DNA of 64,000 bases from an uncultured Gemmatimonadaceae bacterium (GTDB lineage Bacteria; Gemmatimonadota; Gemmatimonadetes; Gemmatimonadales; Gemmatimonadaceae), in contig CAVXGK010000001.1 in NCBI GenBank assembly GCA_963761305.1, forward strand, positions 384,001 through 448,000. Direction: 5' to 3'. Below the pieces are notes generated by a model. The model was given only the letters and a program-made list of their open reading frames with translations. It made no database searches and was not told the DNA's origin. Below, piece after piece: positions 10,502-21,586 of this stretch. The position numbers were made by a program, and so were the translations under genes. The stretch's first letter is position 1, and every line of letters begins with the position of its first letter.

Positions 10502-11252
10502 GGCGAGTGATTCTACTTCCGGACCGTCATGAGCCGCGATCGCTCGCCGCACAATGATCGCGGCCTCGGTGAGTGCGAAGGAGAGTTCCACCTCATGCTG
10601 CGATCGCGTCCCGATGCGCCGCAGTTCGTCCAGGATGAACCCGGCCACCAGGAGGCTACAGCCGATTCGCGTTTCGTCAGCCGACTCGCTGTCTTCGAAT
10701 TCGATCTCGGAATCACCCAAGCCAAACAACGACTCGCGCGCGAAGACCGCTTCGTCGAGTAGGGCATGAGCTGCCATAAGCGGCAGGACGACACGAATTG
10801 CAGTCATGGCAGGCTGGGCACCCGGGCCAGACAAGGCCTCATCGACCCAGCATCGTTCCTGAACTGCCGCCCACAAGCGCTGGGAGAGGCCGGATCGCGA
10901 ATTGCCGTGGTGATCATTGCCTGCCCCGCGCGAAGGCGAACGGGCGAATCGAATGGCGACAGGATAGACGCGAGCTGTTCCGGTGCACAATGCAGTGCTG
11001 ATCGATTGCAATTCTCGCGTGATTTCCGGCCCCCTTCCCGTGATCTGTTGCCCGTTGATCCCGCCGAGTTCCGCCGACTTCTTCATCCCTCGGCGTCGTA
11101 GCATCGATCTTCGACGCACCGAATCACAACCGAGGCACCGAGAATCACGCGTTAGGCACGACATGTCGCGCCCGCGTTGTGGTCTGGCATCCGCACGTGC
11201 TACCGTGCCCTGCAGAACGCAATCCGGAGTTTCATCGCCCGCCGCCAGTCTG

Positions 11253-11300
11253 GGTCCACCGGTCCACCGGTCCACAGGTCCACCGGTCTACTGGTCCACT
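11253..11300 (-). repeat. GGTGGACC octamer tandem array
   Basis: ggtccaccggtccaccggtccacaggtccaccggtctactggtccact. Confidence 0.85.
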
Positions 11301-11736
11301 GTCGTCTTCTGCCTCGCTCTCGCCTTGCACTCCGCACAGCCGCAGCGCGCCGATTCGCTGGGGCCCGAGGTCCGCACTGGGATGGTTCCAGTGATACCCA
11401 GGTTATCGCGGCCGGCTCCGCTTCGCTGTGGGCAACACACGGTCTGTTCGCCGCGTCCGTGCGCTACGCCGGCACGTCCCAATTAGAGGCCGGGACATGA
11501 GCGACGGTTCTCTGCTTGTCGGTGTTCACCCGATTCGCGACCCGAACGTCAACGGCGTGATTGCGATCGGAGCGGGGCTGAGCTCCGGACACGACGGTCT
11601 CATTCGGTTGCCGCAGAATCGCGATCTTCTGCTCGTCCGTCCTCGATCTCGGGCTCTATTCGGACGCGTCTGCCGTGACGCGCCGTGAGGAGGCGTGGTT
11701 ATGCAATCATCGTCATCTGAGCGTTGACCGGAAGTC

Positions 11737-13338
11737 ATGATGACCCTGTTGTTCCGTTGGAGACGGCACGTGACGCCATGGTGCAGGCCGGTGGTCGCAT
11801 CTCTCGTCGCCGTCTGTGGAGCGTGCGCACACGAGCCGACGGCGCCCGTGCAACACGCACCGCTGTTCGATACGCTCAGCGTCATACCGAATCCGACGCG
11901 AGATCTTCCGGGAACATGGATGGCGCCGTTTGGGCTTGCCGGGTCTGGCGAGCAGTGGACGCTTGTTCTTTCCGGTGCCGTTGTCTCCGGCACAGGAACT
12001 TGGTCGGGCGAGGCTTGCTGCAGTGGCGCGGTCTCGCTCACGGGGCTCTTGAGTGGCGATTCGGTGCATCTCGACCTGGTCTACACCCAAACGGCGCCGG
12101 ATCGCGGCCTGCCGCCGCGGGCGGTACACATCGACGGCGTGATCGACCGACCGATCGATCTCGCGGGTATAGCACGCGATGCCAGCGGGAGCACAAGTCC
12201 TGTTCGTTACGTGAAGTCGACCGCGGTGTCGCCGGCCGGCGCCGCGCTGCGCCGGCTCGCATGGTGGAACGAGAAGGTTACGCGATCGGTCGGCTTGGCC
12301 GCTGACGGCGCCAACATCTACGCACTGAGCGAGGATCACGTGGTTTCAGCGGTCGGCAAGATTTCCGGAACGGTCCTTTGGCAGACGCGGACCACGCCGG
12401 GCTTCAACTCCACGGTGGGGTCTGGGCTCGCGCTGGTCGGAGGATTGCTCGTTGTGGGCGATGTCGATCTGCTCGCACTGGATCCCAACACCGGCAAGGA
12501 GGTCTGGCGCATCCGAGCCTCGGCGGCCAGCTCACCCGGCTTCCCATTCGTGGTGGACGGCACAACGATCTTTGGCACCACGACGGCCGGGCAAGTCTAC
12601 GCCCTGGACGCCAGAACAAGCGCCACCAAGTGGGTCGCGCATGTCGTGAGCGATTCAGTAACGGTGACTGAGACTGACGTCTTCTCGCCACGAGTCGCTA
12701 ACGGCGTGGTCTACGTCGCCTTCACAAGCATCAACTCGTCGGCGTTTTTCGCTAGCAGTGGGGTCGCGGCGGTAGATGAGAATTCTGGAAAGCTGCTTTG
12801 GTCTACGCGGCTGCCGCGTAGCGGCACCACTAACACGGTGATTTCTTCTATGGCTGTTGCGCCGGCCAGTGTCCTGGCCGTCGCTGATGATTCCCTCCGT
12901 GTACTGGATCGTCAAACGGGTCAGCTTACGGCATCAATAGCGCCTACGGCGTTCTCGTTGACAGGATCGGTCGCGGGGACATTCGCCAACCTTTCCGTGA
13001 TCATGACCTTCGGGAATACCGTCATCGTGGGGATAGAGGGAGCGGCATCGGTCAGCCTCACCGCTCTTGATGCCGCGACGCTGGTTCCGCTCTGGAGAGC
13101 ACCGTTCCAAGATGTTGAAATTGGCTTGCTCGCTTCAGACGTCGGACGGGTCTATGCGATCGCGGCGGACGCGCGCGAGCTGGGCGTCTACGATATCGGC
13201 ACCGGACAACTTGTTTGGCAGCTGGAGGCGTCGGATCTGCGCCCGGCCGATAAGCGTATCGGCGCGGCGCCCGTGTTCGATGATCAATACGTGTATCTGG
13301 GCGGCGACCAAGGCCTCTACGCGTTGAGAAAGAACTAA
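11737..13338 (+). CDS. Lipoprotein with PQQ/BamB-like beta-propeller
   Basis: Repeats LLALDPNTGKEVW, VYALDARTSATKW, AVDENSGKLLW, YDIGTGQLVW; N-terminal lipobox-like GAC and EACC domain. Confidence 0.8.
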   Translation: MMTLLFRWRRHVTPWCRPVVASLVAVCGACAHEPTAPVQHAPLFDTLSVIPNPTRDLPGTWMAPFGLAGSGEQWTLVLSGAVVSGTGTWSGEACCSGAVSLTGLLSGDSVHLDLVYTQTAPDRGLPPRAVHIDGVIDRPIDLAGIARDASGSTSPVRYVKSTAVSPAGAALRRLAWWNEKVTRSVGLAADGANIYALSEDHVVSAVGKISGTVLWQTRTTPGFNSTVGSGLALVGGLLVVGDVDLLALDPNTGKEVWRIRASAASSPGFPFVVDGTTIFGTTTAGQVYALDARTSATKWVAHVVSDSVTVTETDVFSPRVANGVVYVAFTSINSSAFFASSGVAAVDENSGKLLWSTRLPRSGTTNTVISSMAVAPASVLAVADDSLRVLDRQTGQLTASIAPTAFSLTGSVAGTFANLSVIMTFGNTVIVGIEGAASVSLTALDAATLVPLWRAPFQDVEIGLLASDVGRVYAIAADARELGVYDIGTGQLVWQLEASDLRPADKRIGAAPVFDDQYVYLGGDQGLYALRKN

Positions 13339-13430
13339 GGGGTCGCCGCTGCGACTCCGCCTTCGGGAGCTCGTCGTCGCGCGGCCGAGGTTCGGCTAAA
13401 TTCCCCAGACCGCCTCTGGGTTGCAGAACG

Positions 13431-15842
13431 ATGTTGCGAGATTGTCGCTTCGCATACCGATCCCTTGTCCGTCGGCCCGCGTTCACGCTCGTTGTCACGG
13501 GCCTCTTGGCCCTCGGCATTGGACTGACCACAGCCGCATTCGGCGTGGTCGACGGCCTCCTCCTACAGCCGCCGCCCTACGACCACCCCGAGCGCATCGT
13601 CGTGCTCTCCGCAGCAGACCCTGCCCGCGGCCTCGCGGATGCGGCGCTGTCATACCCCTCCGCACTCGACTTGCGCGCGAGCCGTTCACTCGAGGCGGTC
13701 TCGGTGGTGCGAGTGCAGCGCGCGCTGGTGACCGACGGACCGCCAACGAGCCGCTCCACCGGTGCGCGCGTTGCGCCCGAATTCTTCCGGGTGCTCGGGG
13801 TCAAGCCACTCCTCGGACGCTCGCTCCTCCCAGGCGAAGACGCGCCGAGCGCTGAACGGTCGATCGTGCTCTCGGAGCACGCGTGGCAGGACTGGTACGC
13901 AGGCCAGCCGTCCGCCGTCGGACGAACGCTCGCGCTCGACGGAACACGCTACACGGTCGTAGGGGTCATGCCGCGGTGGTTCGACTATCCGACTGGCGCC
14001 GAATTCTGGATCCCGTTTGTCCCGGGATCTGCCGGCGCCGATCGCACCAGCCACTTCGTCTCGGCGATCGGTCGCCTCGTCCCGCACACATCGGTCGAGG
14101 AAACGCGGGCCGAGCTCCACGCGATCGCGGATCGGCTGGCGCAGGCGTATCCCGCGTCTGACGCCGGGTGGCAATTGCGCGCCACGCCCATTCACGAGTT
14201 CCTCGTGGGAGACACTCGCTCGCGCATCGCGCTGGGTGGAGCGGCCGCCCTCGTGGTGCTCCTCATTGCCTGCGCGAACGTGGCGAGCTTGCTGCTCGCT
14301 CGCGGCGCATCCCGACAGACCGAGACCGCTGTGCGCCGCGCGCTCGGTGCCTCGAATGGCCAGCTCATTCGGCAAGTGCTCGTCGAGAGTCTCCTGATCG
14401 CCTTGGCTGGAGCGGTTGTCGGGGCAGTCGGTGCTCAAGGAGTGGCTGGCCTGCTGCGGCGCGCGATGCCCGGACCCATTCCGGCGTGGGTGTCATTCTC
14501 GGTCGACTTGAAGACGCTCAGCTTCGTCGCGGCCGCGGCCATATTGTCGACCATCGTGGCGGGCATCGCGCCAGCGCTGAGTATCGTGCGCGCTCCGACG
14601 CCGGCTCACTTCGGTGCCCGCGCTACAATTTCGACGCATCAGCGCCGGACTCGGCGAGGCATCGTGGTCGCGCAGATCGCGCTCGCCACCATGCTGCTCG
14701 CGGGTGCGGGATTGCTGAGCGAGAGTCTCTTCCGGCTCCGCGGGGTCCAACCGGGATTCGACCCGAAGGGAGTCGTCACGGCCCGCGTCACGCTCATTGA
14801 CCCGCGATACACGAAGCCCGCCGCGAGGGAGCGTTTCTACGAGGATGCGTTGGCGCGCCTCCGCACACTACCCGGCGTTGAAGCTGTAGGAGCGGTCGAT
14901 GACCTTCCCCTCGCAAGCGGCGCGAACCGGTTTGCGTTCACGCTCGACGGGGAGCCACGGCCGGCAAAGGGCAGCGAGCCAATCGCGAGAGACGCGTTGA
15001 TCACACCAGGCTATTTCACGGCGCTCCGCATCCCTGTGCGTCGTGGGCGCGACATCGACGCCACCGATGATGCCACGCATCCACGAGTGGCGCTCGTGAG
15101 CGCATCGTGGGTGAGGCAGTTCGTCAAGGGTCGCGACCCCATCGGGCAGCGACTCCGCACGCTCGACGGCACTGTCGCAACGACGATCGTTGGCGTGGTT
15201 GACGACGTACGACACGACGGGCTCGAGACGCCAGGCGAACCGACCGTCTATATGCCGCTGGCTCAGAGTCCCGCGGCGGAGATGACCTTGGTGGTCCGCA
15301 CCGCGTGCGACGCACGGGGTCGTGACGCATGCAACGACGCTGCACCGCTCGCACCCGAGATCCGTCGCATCGTGACAGAGACTGATCCCAGTGTCTCGGC
15401 GTACTCAGTGGAGGCAATGTCGGATGTGGTGAGCCAGTCGCTCTCAGGCCGGCGCGTCGGTGCCACCCTTAGCCTGGTATTAGCGCTCCTGGCGTTGCTC
15501 CTCGCCAGCGCCGGTATCTACGGGCTCATGGTCTTGCACCTGGCACTCGGGCGGCGCGACGTAGGCATCCGGCTCGCTCTTGGCGCGCAACCGCGGGAGG
15601 TGCGGCGACGGCTTCTCGGTGAGGCGCTTCGGCTTGCGGCCATTGGCGCGACCGTGGGACTCGCAATCACCGCGCTTGGCGGACGGGCGATGGCGAGCGT
15701 GTTGTACGGCGTGACGCAGACCCATCCGCAGACGCTGTTGATGGCGGGGCTGGTCATGGTCTGCGTCGGTGTGCTGGCGAGCTGGGGTCCGGCGGATCGC
15801 GCTGCGCGCATTTCGCCGGCGAGTGCTTTACGATCGGAGTGA
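13431..15842 (+). CDS. Duplicated orphan ABC permease
   Basis: LALGIGLTTA, LLIACANVASLLL, RRALGAS, GIRLALGA. Confidence 0.92.
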   Translation: MLRDCRFAYRSLVRRPAFTLVVTGLLALGIGLTTAAFGVVDGLLLQPPPYDHPERIVVLSAADPARGLADAALSYPSALDLRASRSLEAVSVVRVQRALVTDGPPTSRSTGARVAPEFFRVLGVKPLLGRSLLPGEDAPSAERSIVLSEHAWQDWYAGQPSAVGRTLALDGTRYTVVGVMPRWFDYPTGAEFWIPFVPGSAGADRTSHFVSAIGRLVPHTSVEETRAELHAIADRLAQAYPASDAGWQLRATPIHEFLVGDTRSRIALGGAAALVVLLIACANVASLLLARGASRQTETAVRRALGASNGQLIRQVLVESLLIALAGAVVGAVGAQGVAGLLRRAMPGPIPAWVSFSVDLKTLSFVAAAAILSTIVAGIAPALSIVRAPTPAHFGARATISTHQRRTRRGIVVAQIALATMLLAGAGLLSESLFRLRGVQPGFDPKGVVTARVTLIDPRYTKPAARERFYEDALARLRTLPGVEAVGAVDDLPLASGANRFAFTLDGEPRPAKGSEPIARDALITPGYFTALRIPVRRGRDIDATDDATHPRVALVSASWVRQFVKGRDPIGQRLRTLDGTVATTIVGVVDDVRHDGLETPGEPTVYMPLAQSPAAEMTLVVRTACDARGRDACNDAAPLAPEIRRIVTETDPSVSAYSVEAMSDVVSQSLSGRRVGATLSLVLALLALLLASAGIYGLMVLHLALGRRDVGIRLALGAQPREVRRRLLGEALRLAAIGATVGLAITALGGRAMASVLYGVTQTHPQTLLMAGLVMVCVGVLASWGPADRAARISPASALRSE

Positions 15843-16025
15843 ACGCGGCACACCGGCTGCGCTCGACTCGCGTCGGTTGGCGATGCGCACGCCGAAGCCG
15901 CCGACTAGAGGTGGCGCTGAGGTGGCGATGATGACATATAGACATCTCACGTGTTAGATCTGTGCCGTGCGGGCATTACGTCAACGGATCGTTGGCCCGC
16001 TCCAGCCACGATAAGATCGACACCG

Positions 16026-16845
16026 ATGCGCGGCCCTGCACTCCTCAGTCTCGCGGCAGCGTCGGCGATCGCCGCCGCGCGGCCGGCGCTGGTCCAACCT
16101 CAATCTCCGCGGCCTGCGGGAAGCGCTCGAGCGAATCGATGTCAGCGCCGCGGCTGCCAGGGCGATGGCCTACCTGCCAGCGGGAACACGACTTCGCGCC
16201 GTTCTCTATCTCGAGATCAAGCCAATCACGAACAGTTTTGTGTTCACCGGTCGCGACTCGGTCCCCTCGATTTTCCTTTACGTGAACACTGAGGACACCC
16301 CCGCCCAGCTCGAGAACACAATGGCGCACGAGCTGCACCACATCGGCTTGAACGCGGCCTGTCCCGACATACCGCACCCACATGCGACGGCCGCGCAGGG
16401 AATGCTCATGCGGTTTCTCGGAGCGTACGGCGAGGGACAAGCGATGCTCGCCGCGGCCGGCGGACCTGACGTCCACCCGCACGCCACCGATGCCGATTCC
16501 ATCAAGCGCCGCTGGGACGCCGATGTCTCGCGCGCTCCGACCGATGTCGAAGTGCAGTCGGCCTTCTTCGCGAGCGTCCTCGACGGCCGCATCGCGAACG
16601 CCGACTCTGTGCGCGAGATTGCCTCATCGTACTTCGGCGTGCAGGGCCCTTGGTACACGGTCGGTTGGCTGATGGCATCGACGATCGAGCGCGAACTGGG
16701 CCGCCCAGTGCTCATCGCGACGCTGTGCAATCCCGTCGATTTCCTGGCGACTTACAATGAAGCAGCGCGCCGCGCCAACAACCGCGGCCTGGCATTGCCG
16801 CTCTGGGACTCGACGTTGCTCTCGCGCCTCAAACAGATGCAGTAG
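16026..16845 (+). pseudogene. DUF5700-like Zn-dependent protease, disrupted
   Basis: Signal peptide from ATG 16026 in one frame; catalytic part (YLPAGT..IKP.TNSFVF..AHELHHIG..GEGQA) in another frame from ~16110, implying a deletion or frameshift. Confidence 0.65.
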
Positions 16846-16913
16846 TCGGCTTCTCGCAGCACAATTCGCGCGGGCCGACGCGAAGACACTCGGTGATTGG
16901 TCGAGATCGCGCT

Positions 16914-16986
16914 CCCATCGCCTATCGATGGGGGTTGCGGAACGGATTGTCGGATGATAGTGTCTTACCCGTCGACTATCGATGGG
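16914..16986. promoter_or_regulatory. Two palindromic operators for PadR
   Basis: CCCATCG-cctat-CGATGGG (16914-16932) and CCCGTCG-actat-CGATGGG (16968-16986, overlapping the ATG). Confidence 0.7.
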
Positions 16987-17329
16987 AGACACTGTGCCAC
17001 CCAAAGAGGCAGCGGAACTCCTGCCCGGCACGCTCGACGTGCTGGTCCTCCGCACGCTCGTCCGCGGACCGAGGCACGGCTACGGCATCGCCGAGCGGCT
17101 CAAGGAGCTGTCGAACGACGTGCTGCAGGTCGGGGAGAGCTCCCTCTACCCCGCTCTTCAGCGCCTCCTGCTCGACGGATATGTCGCCGCCGAGTGGGGG
17201 ACATCGGAGAACAATCGCCGGGCCCGGTATTACACGCTCACGCCTGCCGGCCGAAAGCACCTCGCCGCCGAGCGCAAGGAGTTCGAGCGCGTCGTCACCG
17301 CCATCCAGGCCGTCCTCAAATTTGCGTGA
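16982..17329 (+). CDS. PadR-family transcriptional regulator
   Basis: GTLDVLVL..RHGYGI..SLYPALQRL..WGTSENNRRARYYTLT. Confidence 0.95.
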   Translation: MGDTVPPKEAAELLPGTLDVLVLRTLVRGPRHGYGIAERLKELSNDVLQVGESSLYPALQRLLLDGYVAAEWGTSENNRRARYYTLTPAGRKHLAAERKEFERVVTAIQAVLKFA

Positions 17330-17341
17330 GGTGCCATCGCG

Positions 17342-20020
17342 ATGCGCTTGCTGAGACGAATCGCTTACCTGTTCCGCCGGGCCGACAACGCCCGCGACGT
17401 GGCCGACGAGATGGCATTCCACCGTTCGATGATCGAGGACCGGCTGGTGCAGCGCGGCATGTCGGCGACGGATGCGCGCGACGCCGCGCGGCGGGCGATG
17501 GGCAACGAGACATACATGCGCGAGGAGTCACATCACGCCTGGCTGTCGCCGGCGTTCGAGGCCGTGCGGCAGGATGCGGCGCACGCGCTGCGCGGGCTCC
17601 GCCGCACGCCCACCTTCGCCATCGGCGTGACGCTCACGCTCGGCCTCGGCATCGGCGCGAATGCGGCGATGTTCTCGCTGGTCGACCGTCTGCTCTTTCG
17701 GCCGCCGGCGCGCATGATCGACCCATCGTCCGTGCATCGCGTGTACACGTATCGAACATCGCGCGGCGTGGAGGAAGAGCGGGGCGGGCAGTATGCGCGA
17801 TACAAGGATCTCGCGACCTACTCGACGCAGCTCTCCCAGGTCGCCGCCTTCTCGCGCAAGTCACTCGCCATCGGAGTCGGACAAGACACGCGGGTCGACC
17901 CGGTCGGCGTGGTGAGCGCAAACTTTTTCGGGTTCTTCGACGCGCCGCCCGCGGTCGGCCGCTACTTCACGCCGAGCGAAGACTCGCCGGAGCAGCGCGC
18001 GCCGGTGGCGGTGCTGTCCTACGAAGCATGGAAGAATGAATTCGGCGGGCGCACGAACGTCGTCGGGCTCGTCGTCCAGATCGATGCGGCAACGTATACG
18101 ATCATTGGCGTGACGCCCCGGAATTTCGTCGGTCTGTGGACGTTTCTTCCGCCGGTGGCGTACATCCCCGTGTCGACGTATGCCTCGACCGTGGTGCGGA
18201 AGAACTGGGCGACGACTTACTCGACGTTGATCGGATTGAACACGATCGTGCGGAGAAAGCCGGGCGTCAGCGTCGACGCCGCGACCGCGGATCTCACGAA
18301 TGCGCTCCGCCGCAGCTATCAGAAGCAGATCGATCAGGATCCGCGCGATGGGCCATTGAGCGAGCTGCGTCCGCGCGCGCTCGCCGCCTCGGTGCTGGTC
18401 GAGCGCGGACCGGACGCGTCGAACACCACACCGGCGGCGAAATGGCTGAGCGGGGTGACGCTCATCGTGCTGTTGATCGCCTGCGCGAACGTCGTGAATC
18501 TCGTGCTCGCTCGCGCGGTGGGCCGCAAGCGCGAGACCGCGGTACGGGTCGCACTGGGCGCGAGTCGACGCCGGCTCCTGGGCCAACTTCTCACCGAGGG
18601 CATGGTGCTCGCCGCACTCGGTGGGACGGCGGGAATCATCATCGCGATCTGGGCGAGCGGTGTATTGAGCGCGACGTTCCTTCCGAGCTCGGCGCCGCAA
18701 TCGATTCTCGGCGATTGGAGAACGCTGAGCTTCGCCGGCGTCATCACGATCGTTGCGGGCGTGGTGGCTGGACTGGCGCCGCTCGCACAGATCCGGCGCG
18801 GCGATCTCACCGGCGATCTCAAATCCGGCGCGCGCGAGGGAGGACACCGTAGCAATACGTTGAGGATCTCGCTGCTGATGCTCCAGAGCGCGCTCTCCGT
18901 CGTGCTGCTCGTCGGAGCTGGGCTCTTCGTCGAGAGTTTGCGCAGCGTGCGTAACGTGCACATCGGGTTCGACGCGGATTCGGTCCTGCAGGTGAACCTC
19001 AAGATGCGCGACGTTCGGCTGGACAGCGCGACGAAGGCCACGTTGCGGCTGCGACTTCTCGACGCCGTCGCCACCGTACCCGGCGTGACGCACGCGACGC
19101 TCCAGGAATCGACGCCCTTCGATGGCGAATCATCCTTCCCCGTTTTCGTGGCCGGCATCGATTCCACGGAGGTACTGGGCCAGTTCGACCTCAACGCCGT
19201 CTCGGCGGACTACTTCGCGACGATGGGCACGCGCATTCTGCGCGGGCGGGGGATCAACAGCACCGACACCGACCGGGCGCCGCGCGTCGCCGTGGTGGGG
19301 CAGTCCATGGCGAACGTGCTGTGGCCTGGGCAGGACCCGATCGGCAAATGCATGCGCGTCGGGTTGGCAGACACGGTGCCGTGCACCTACGTCGTCGGCG
19401 TGGCCGAGGACATTCACTCGCAGTCGATCGGGCCCGAGCCCAGGCTTTACTACTACTACATCTCGGCGGCCCAGGCGTGGCCGCAGGACGGCGGCCTGTT
19501 CGTGCGTGGCCGCAACGCGACGCAACTGATCGAACCGCTGCGAAAGCGTCTCCAACAGGAGATGCCGGGTCGGTCCTATGTCACCGTTGGACGGCTTGGC
19601 GACTTCGTGGACGCGCAGCTGCGATCGTGGATCGTGGGCGCCACGGTGTTCACGACCTTCGGCGTGCTCGCACTGATCCTGGCGGCGGTGGGACTCTACA
19701 GCGTCGTCGCCTACAGCGTCACGCAGCGCAAGCACGAATTGGGTGTGCGTCTCGCGCTCGGTGCGGGTCAGTCGCGCCTGGTTGGCCTTGTCCTGATGGA
19801 AGGCCTCCGGATCGCCGCGGCCGGTGTCGCGATCGGAAGCGTGATCGCGCTCGCCGCCGGACGATGGATCGGACCACTGCTCTTCGATCACGGGCCCAAG
19901 GATCCCCGCGTCTTCGGCGTGGTGATAACAACGATGCTGGTCGTGGCGGCGGCGGCAAGTCTGATTCCAGCGGCTCGCGCGGCGCGGCTCGACCCGAAGA
20001 CCGCACTACAATCGGACTAG
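17342..20020 (+). CDS. Duplicated orphan ABC permease
   Basis: Prefix DEMAFHR..RRAMGN, LGLGIGANAAMFS, LLIACANVVNL, GVRLALGA; directly behind PadR. Confidence 0.93.
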   Translation: MRLLRRIAYLFRRADNARDVADEMAFHRSMIEDRLVQRGMSATDARDAARRAMGNETYMREESHHAWLSPAFEAVRQDAAHALRGLRRTPTFAIGVTLTLGLGIGANAAMFSLVDRLLFRPPARMIDPSSVHRVYTYRTSRGVEEERGGQYARYKDLATYSTQLSQVAAFSRKSLAIGVGQDTRVDPVGVVSANFFGFFDAPPAVGRYFTPSEDSPEQRAPVAVLSYEAWKNEFGGRTNVVGLVVQIDAATYTIIGVTPRNFVGLWTFLPPVAYIPVSTYASTVVRKNWATTYSTLIGLNTIVRRKPGVSVDAATADLTNALRRSYQKQIDQDPRDGPLSELRPRALAASVLVERGPDASNTTPAAKWLSGVTLIVLLIACANVVNLVLARAVGRKRETAVRVALGASRRRLLGQLLTEGMVLAALGGTAGIIIAIWASGVLSATFLPSSAPQSILGDWRTLSFAGVITIVAGVVAGLAPLAQIRRGDLTGDLKSGAREGGHRSNTLRISLLMLQSALSVVLLVGAGLFVESLRSVRNVHIGFDADSVLQVNLKMRDVRLDSATKATLRLRLLDAVATVPGVTHATLQESTPFDGESSFPVFVAGIDSTEVLGQFDLNAVSADYFATMGTRILRGRGINSTDTDRAPRVAVVGQSMANVLWPGQDPIGKCMRVGLADTVPCTYVVGVAEDIHSQSIGPEPRLYYYYISAAQAWPQDGGLFVRGRNATQLIEPLRKRLQQEMPGRSYVTVGRLGDFVDAQLRSWIVGATVFTTFGVLALILAAVGLYSVVAYSVTQRKHELGVRLALGAGQSRLVGLVLMEGLRIAAAGVAIGSVIALAAGRWIGPLLFDHGPKDPRVFGVVITTMLVVAAAASLIPAARAARLDPKTALQSD

Positions 20021-20059
20021 TGTGACCAGCCTCGAACCGTGAGTTCGCATCGTTGCCTA

Positions 20060-20120
20060 TCGCTATCTACGCCCGAGTGCAGCTGCGAACGAGTCAAATA
20101 GAAGGGCGTGCGCGTCTCAA
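20060..20120 (-). mobile_element. Degenerate right half of an attC site
   Basis: Minus strand ...gactcgttcgcagctgcactcgggcgtagat resembles the 3' arm of the other attC sites. Confidence 0.4.
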
Positions 20121-20124
20121 TCCG

Positions 20125-20694
20125 TCAGGCCAGCTCTGGCGGTACCGGATGTTCCGGCTGGTTGATGGCCCTGATTGCCGCGAGCTCTTCACCCGTGAGT
20201 CCGATCTGCCCGAGGATGCCAAGAATGAATTCGGTCTTGCCCGCGATGTAGCTGTCGATGTCCTCGGGGAATCGTTTGGCCAGCTTCTCCTTCAAGTCGC
20301 CGTACTCATGGGCGGCTTCGGGATGGGCTCGGAGATAGTCGCGCAGACCGATTTGGTTCTTCAAGTTGAGACTGCCCCGATGGCTTGCGTAGAGATTGTG
20401 CCTCGGGCAGCCTGCCGATTCTTTGAACGCCTCGCGGCCCGGCACGCCAAGATCGCCGCGGTGGACGTACCCGACGTTTGCCAGGCCCTTCACGACGTGC
20501 GGAATGTCGCGCCGGGAGGCAACCACAATGCAAGCGTCGATGATAGGCTTGGCGCGGAGCCCGGGCACGGACGTGCTGCCGACGTGCTCGATGCTCATTG
20601 CCGCGTGTTGGACGGCTGGCCACACCTGTGCGCGGATGCGCTCAAACGTGCGCGGCCATTCGGGATCATATGCGTTTACTACTACCAGGGACAT
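20125..20694 (-). CDS. GrpB/UPF0157 family protein
   Basis: YDPEWP..FE, IEHVGSTSVPGLRAKPIID, RDYLRAHP..YGDLK. Confidence 0.9.
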   Translation of the reverse strand: MSLVVVNAYDPEWPRTFERIRAQVWPAVQHAAMSIEHVGSTSVPGLRAKPIIDACIVVASRRDIPHVVKGLANVGYVHRGDLGVPGREAFKESAGCPRHNLYASHRGSLNLKNQIGLRDYLRAHPEAAHEYGDLKEKLAKRFPEDIDSYIAGKTEFILGILGQIGLTGEELAAIRAINQPEHPVPPELA

Positions 20695-20724
20695 TTGGCT
20701 CAGGTTTTTGGAGTCCGCCTGGGA

Positions 20725-21516
20725 CTACCGGATCCATGTCCCGAGGCGGCGCCATCGAATTGCGGTGACAGCCCGAACGTAGTCGAGGCCCGACTCCGGA
20801 TCGTAAGAGTAGTAGACGAACATCGGCGTTCCACGCAGGTTGGCGCGCGGCACGGGCCCGTAGTACCGACTATCGACAGAGTTATCCCGGTTGTCGCCCA
20901 TCATGAAATATGAACCATCGGGCACGATGAGCGGCCCCCATTCGTGCAAGCTCGGCGCGGCGACGGGAGGACCGAATCGTGAGTCATTGACCTCAATCCC
21001 GTGTTGCCACGCGAAGATGGGTTGTGGTTGCTCCGCAATCGAGTCTGGCAGAACAAACGAGTTGGGTGAGCCGACCGAGACCCCATTCACGAGCAGCTGT
21101 CCATGTCGCATGAGGAGCGTATCGCCGGCGATGCCAACGATGCGCTTCACGAGGGTCGGCGTAATCTCATCCGGAGAGATTCGGATCGAGAAATCCTGGG
21201 GCGGCGAGATGAATACCGCGACCTCTCCACGTTTCGGTGTAGCGTAGCCGGGCAGAGATGCGTGGGTGAACGGAATATGCGGTCCGTACCGAAGCTTGTT
21301 GACGAAGAGCCAGTCTCCGACGAGCAGCGTCGGCTCCATACTGCCGCTTGGAATCCGGAAGGCCTCCGCCAGCAGTTGACGCGTACCAAGAAAGATCGCG
21401 ATCACGGGCAGGAGAGCGATGATCTGCGCACGGACGCGCGCAGCGGCCGACGGCCGCGGCTTTTGTGCGGGGCGGCCGCGAGCTGGGGCAGCCTTCTTCT
21501 GGCGAGCTTTACCCAT
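20725..21516 (-). CDS. lepB: Signal peptidase I
   Basis: IPSGSMEPTLLVGD (Ser), LVKRIVG (Lys), GDNRDNSVDSRYYG. Confidence 0.92.
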   Translation of the reverse strand: MGKARQKKAAPARGRPAQKPRPSAAARVRAQIIALLPVIAIFLGTRQLLAEAFRIPSGSMEPTLLVGDWLFVNKLRYGPHIPFTHASLPGYATPKRGEVAVFISPPQDFSIRISPDEITPTLVKRIVGIAGDTLLMRHGQLLVNGVSVGSPNSFVLPDSIAEQPQPIFAWQHGIEVNDSRFGPPVAAPSLHEWGPLIVPDGSYFMMGDNRDNSVDSRYYGPVPRANLRGTPMFVYYSYDPESGLDYVRAVTAIRWRRLGTWIR

Positions 21517-21586
21517 CGTGATGCCTCCGAGCGAGTATCGAGTCGGACGTGCAAGTCGTACGCGAGAAGGTGATGTGCGAATAACG

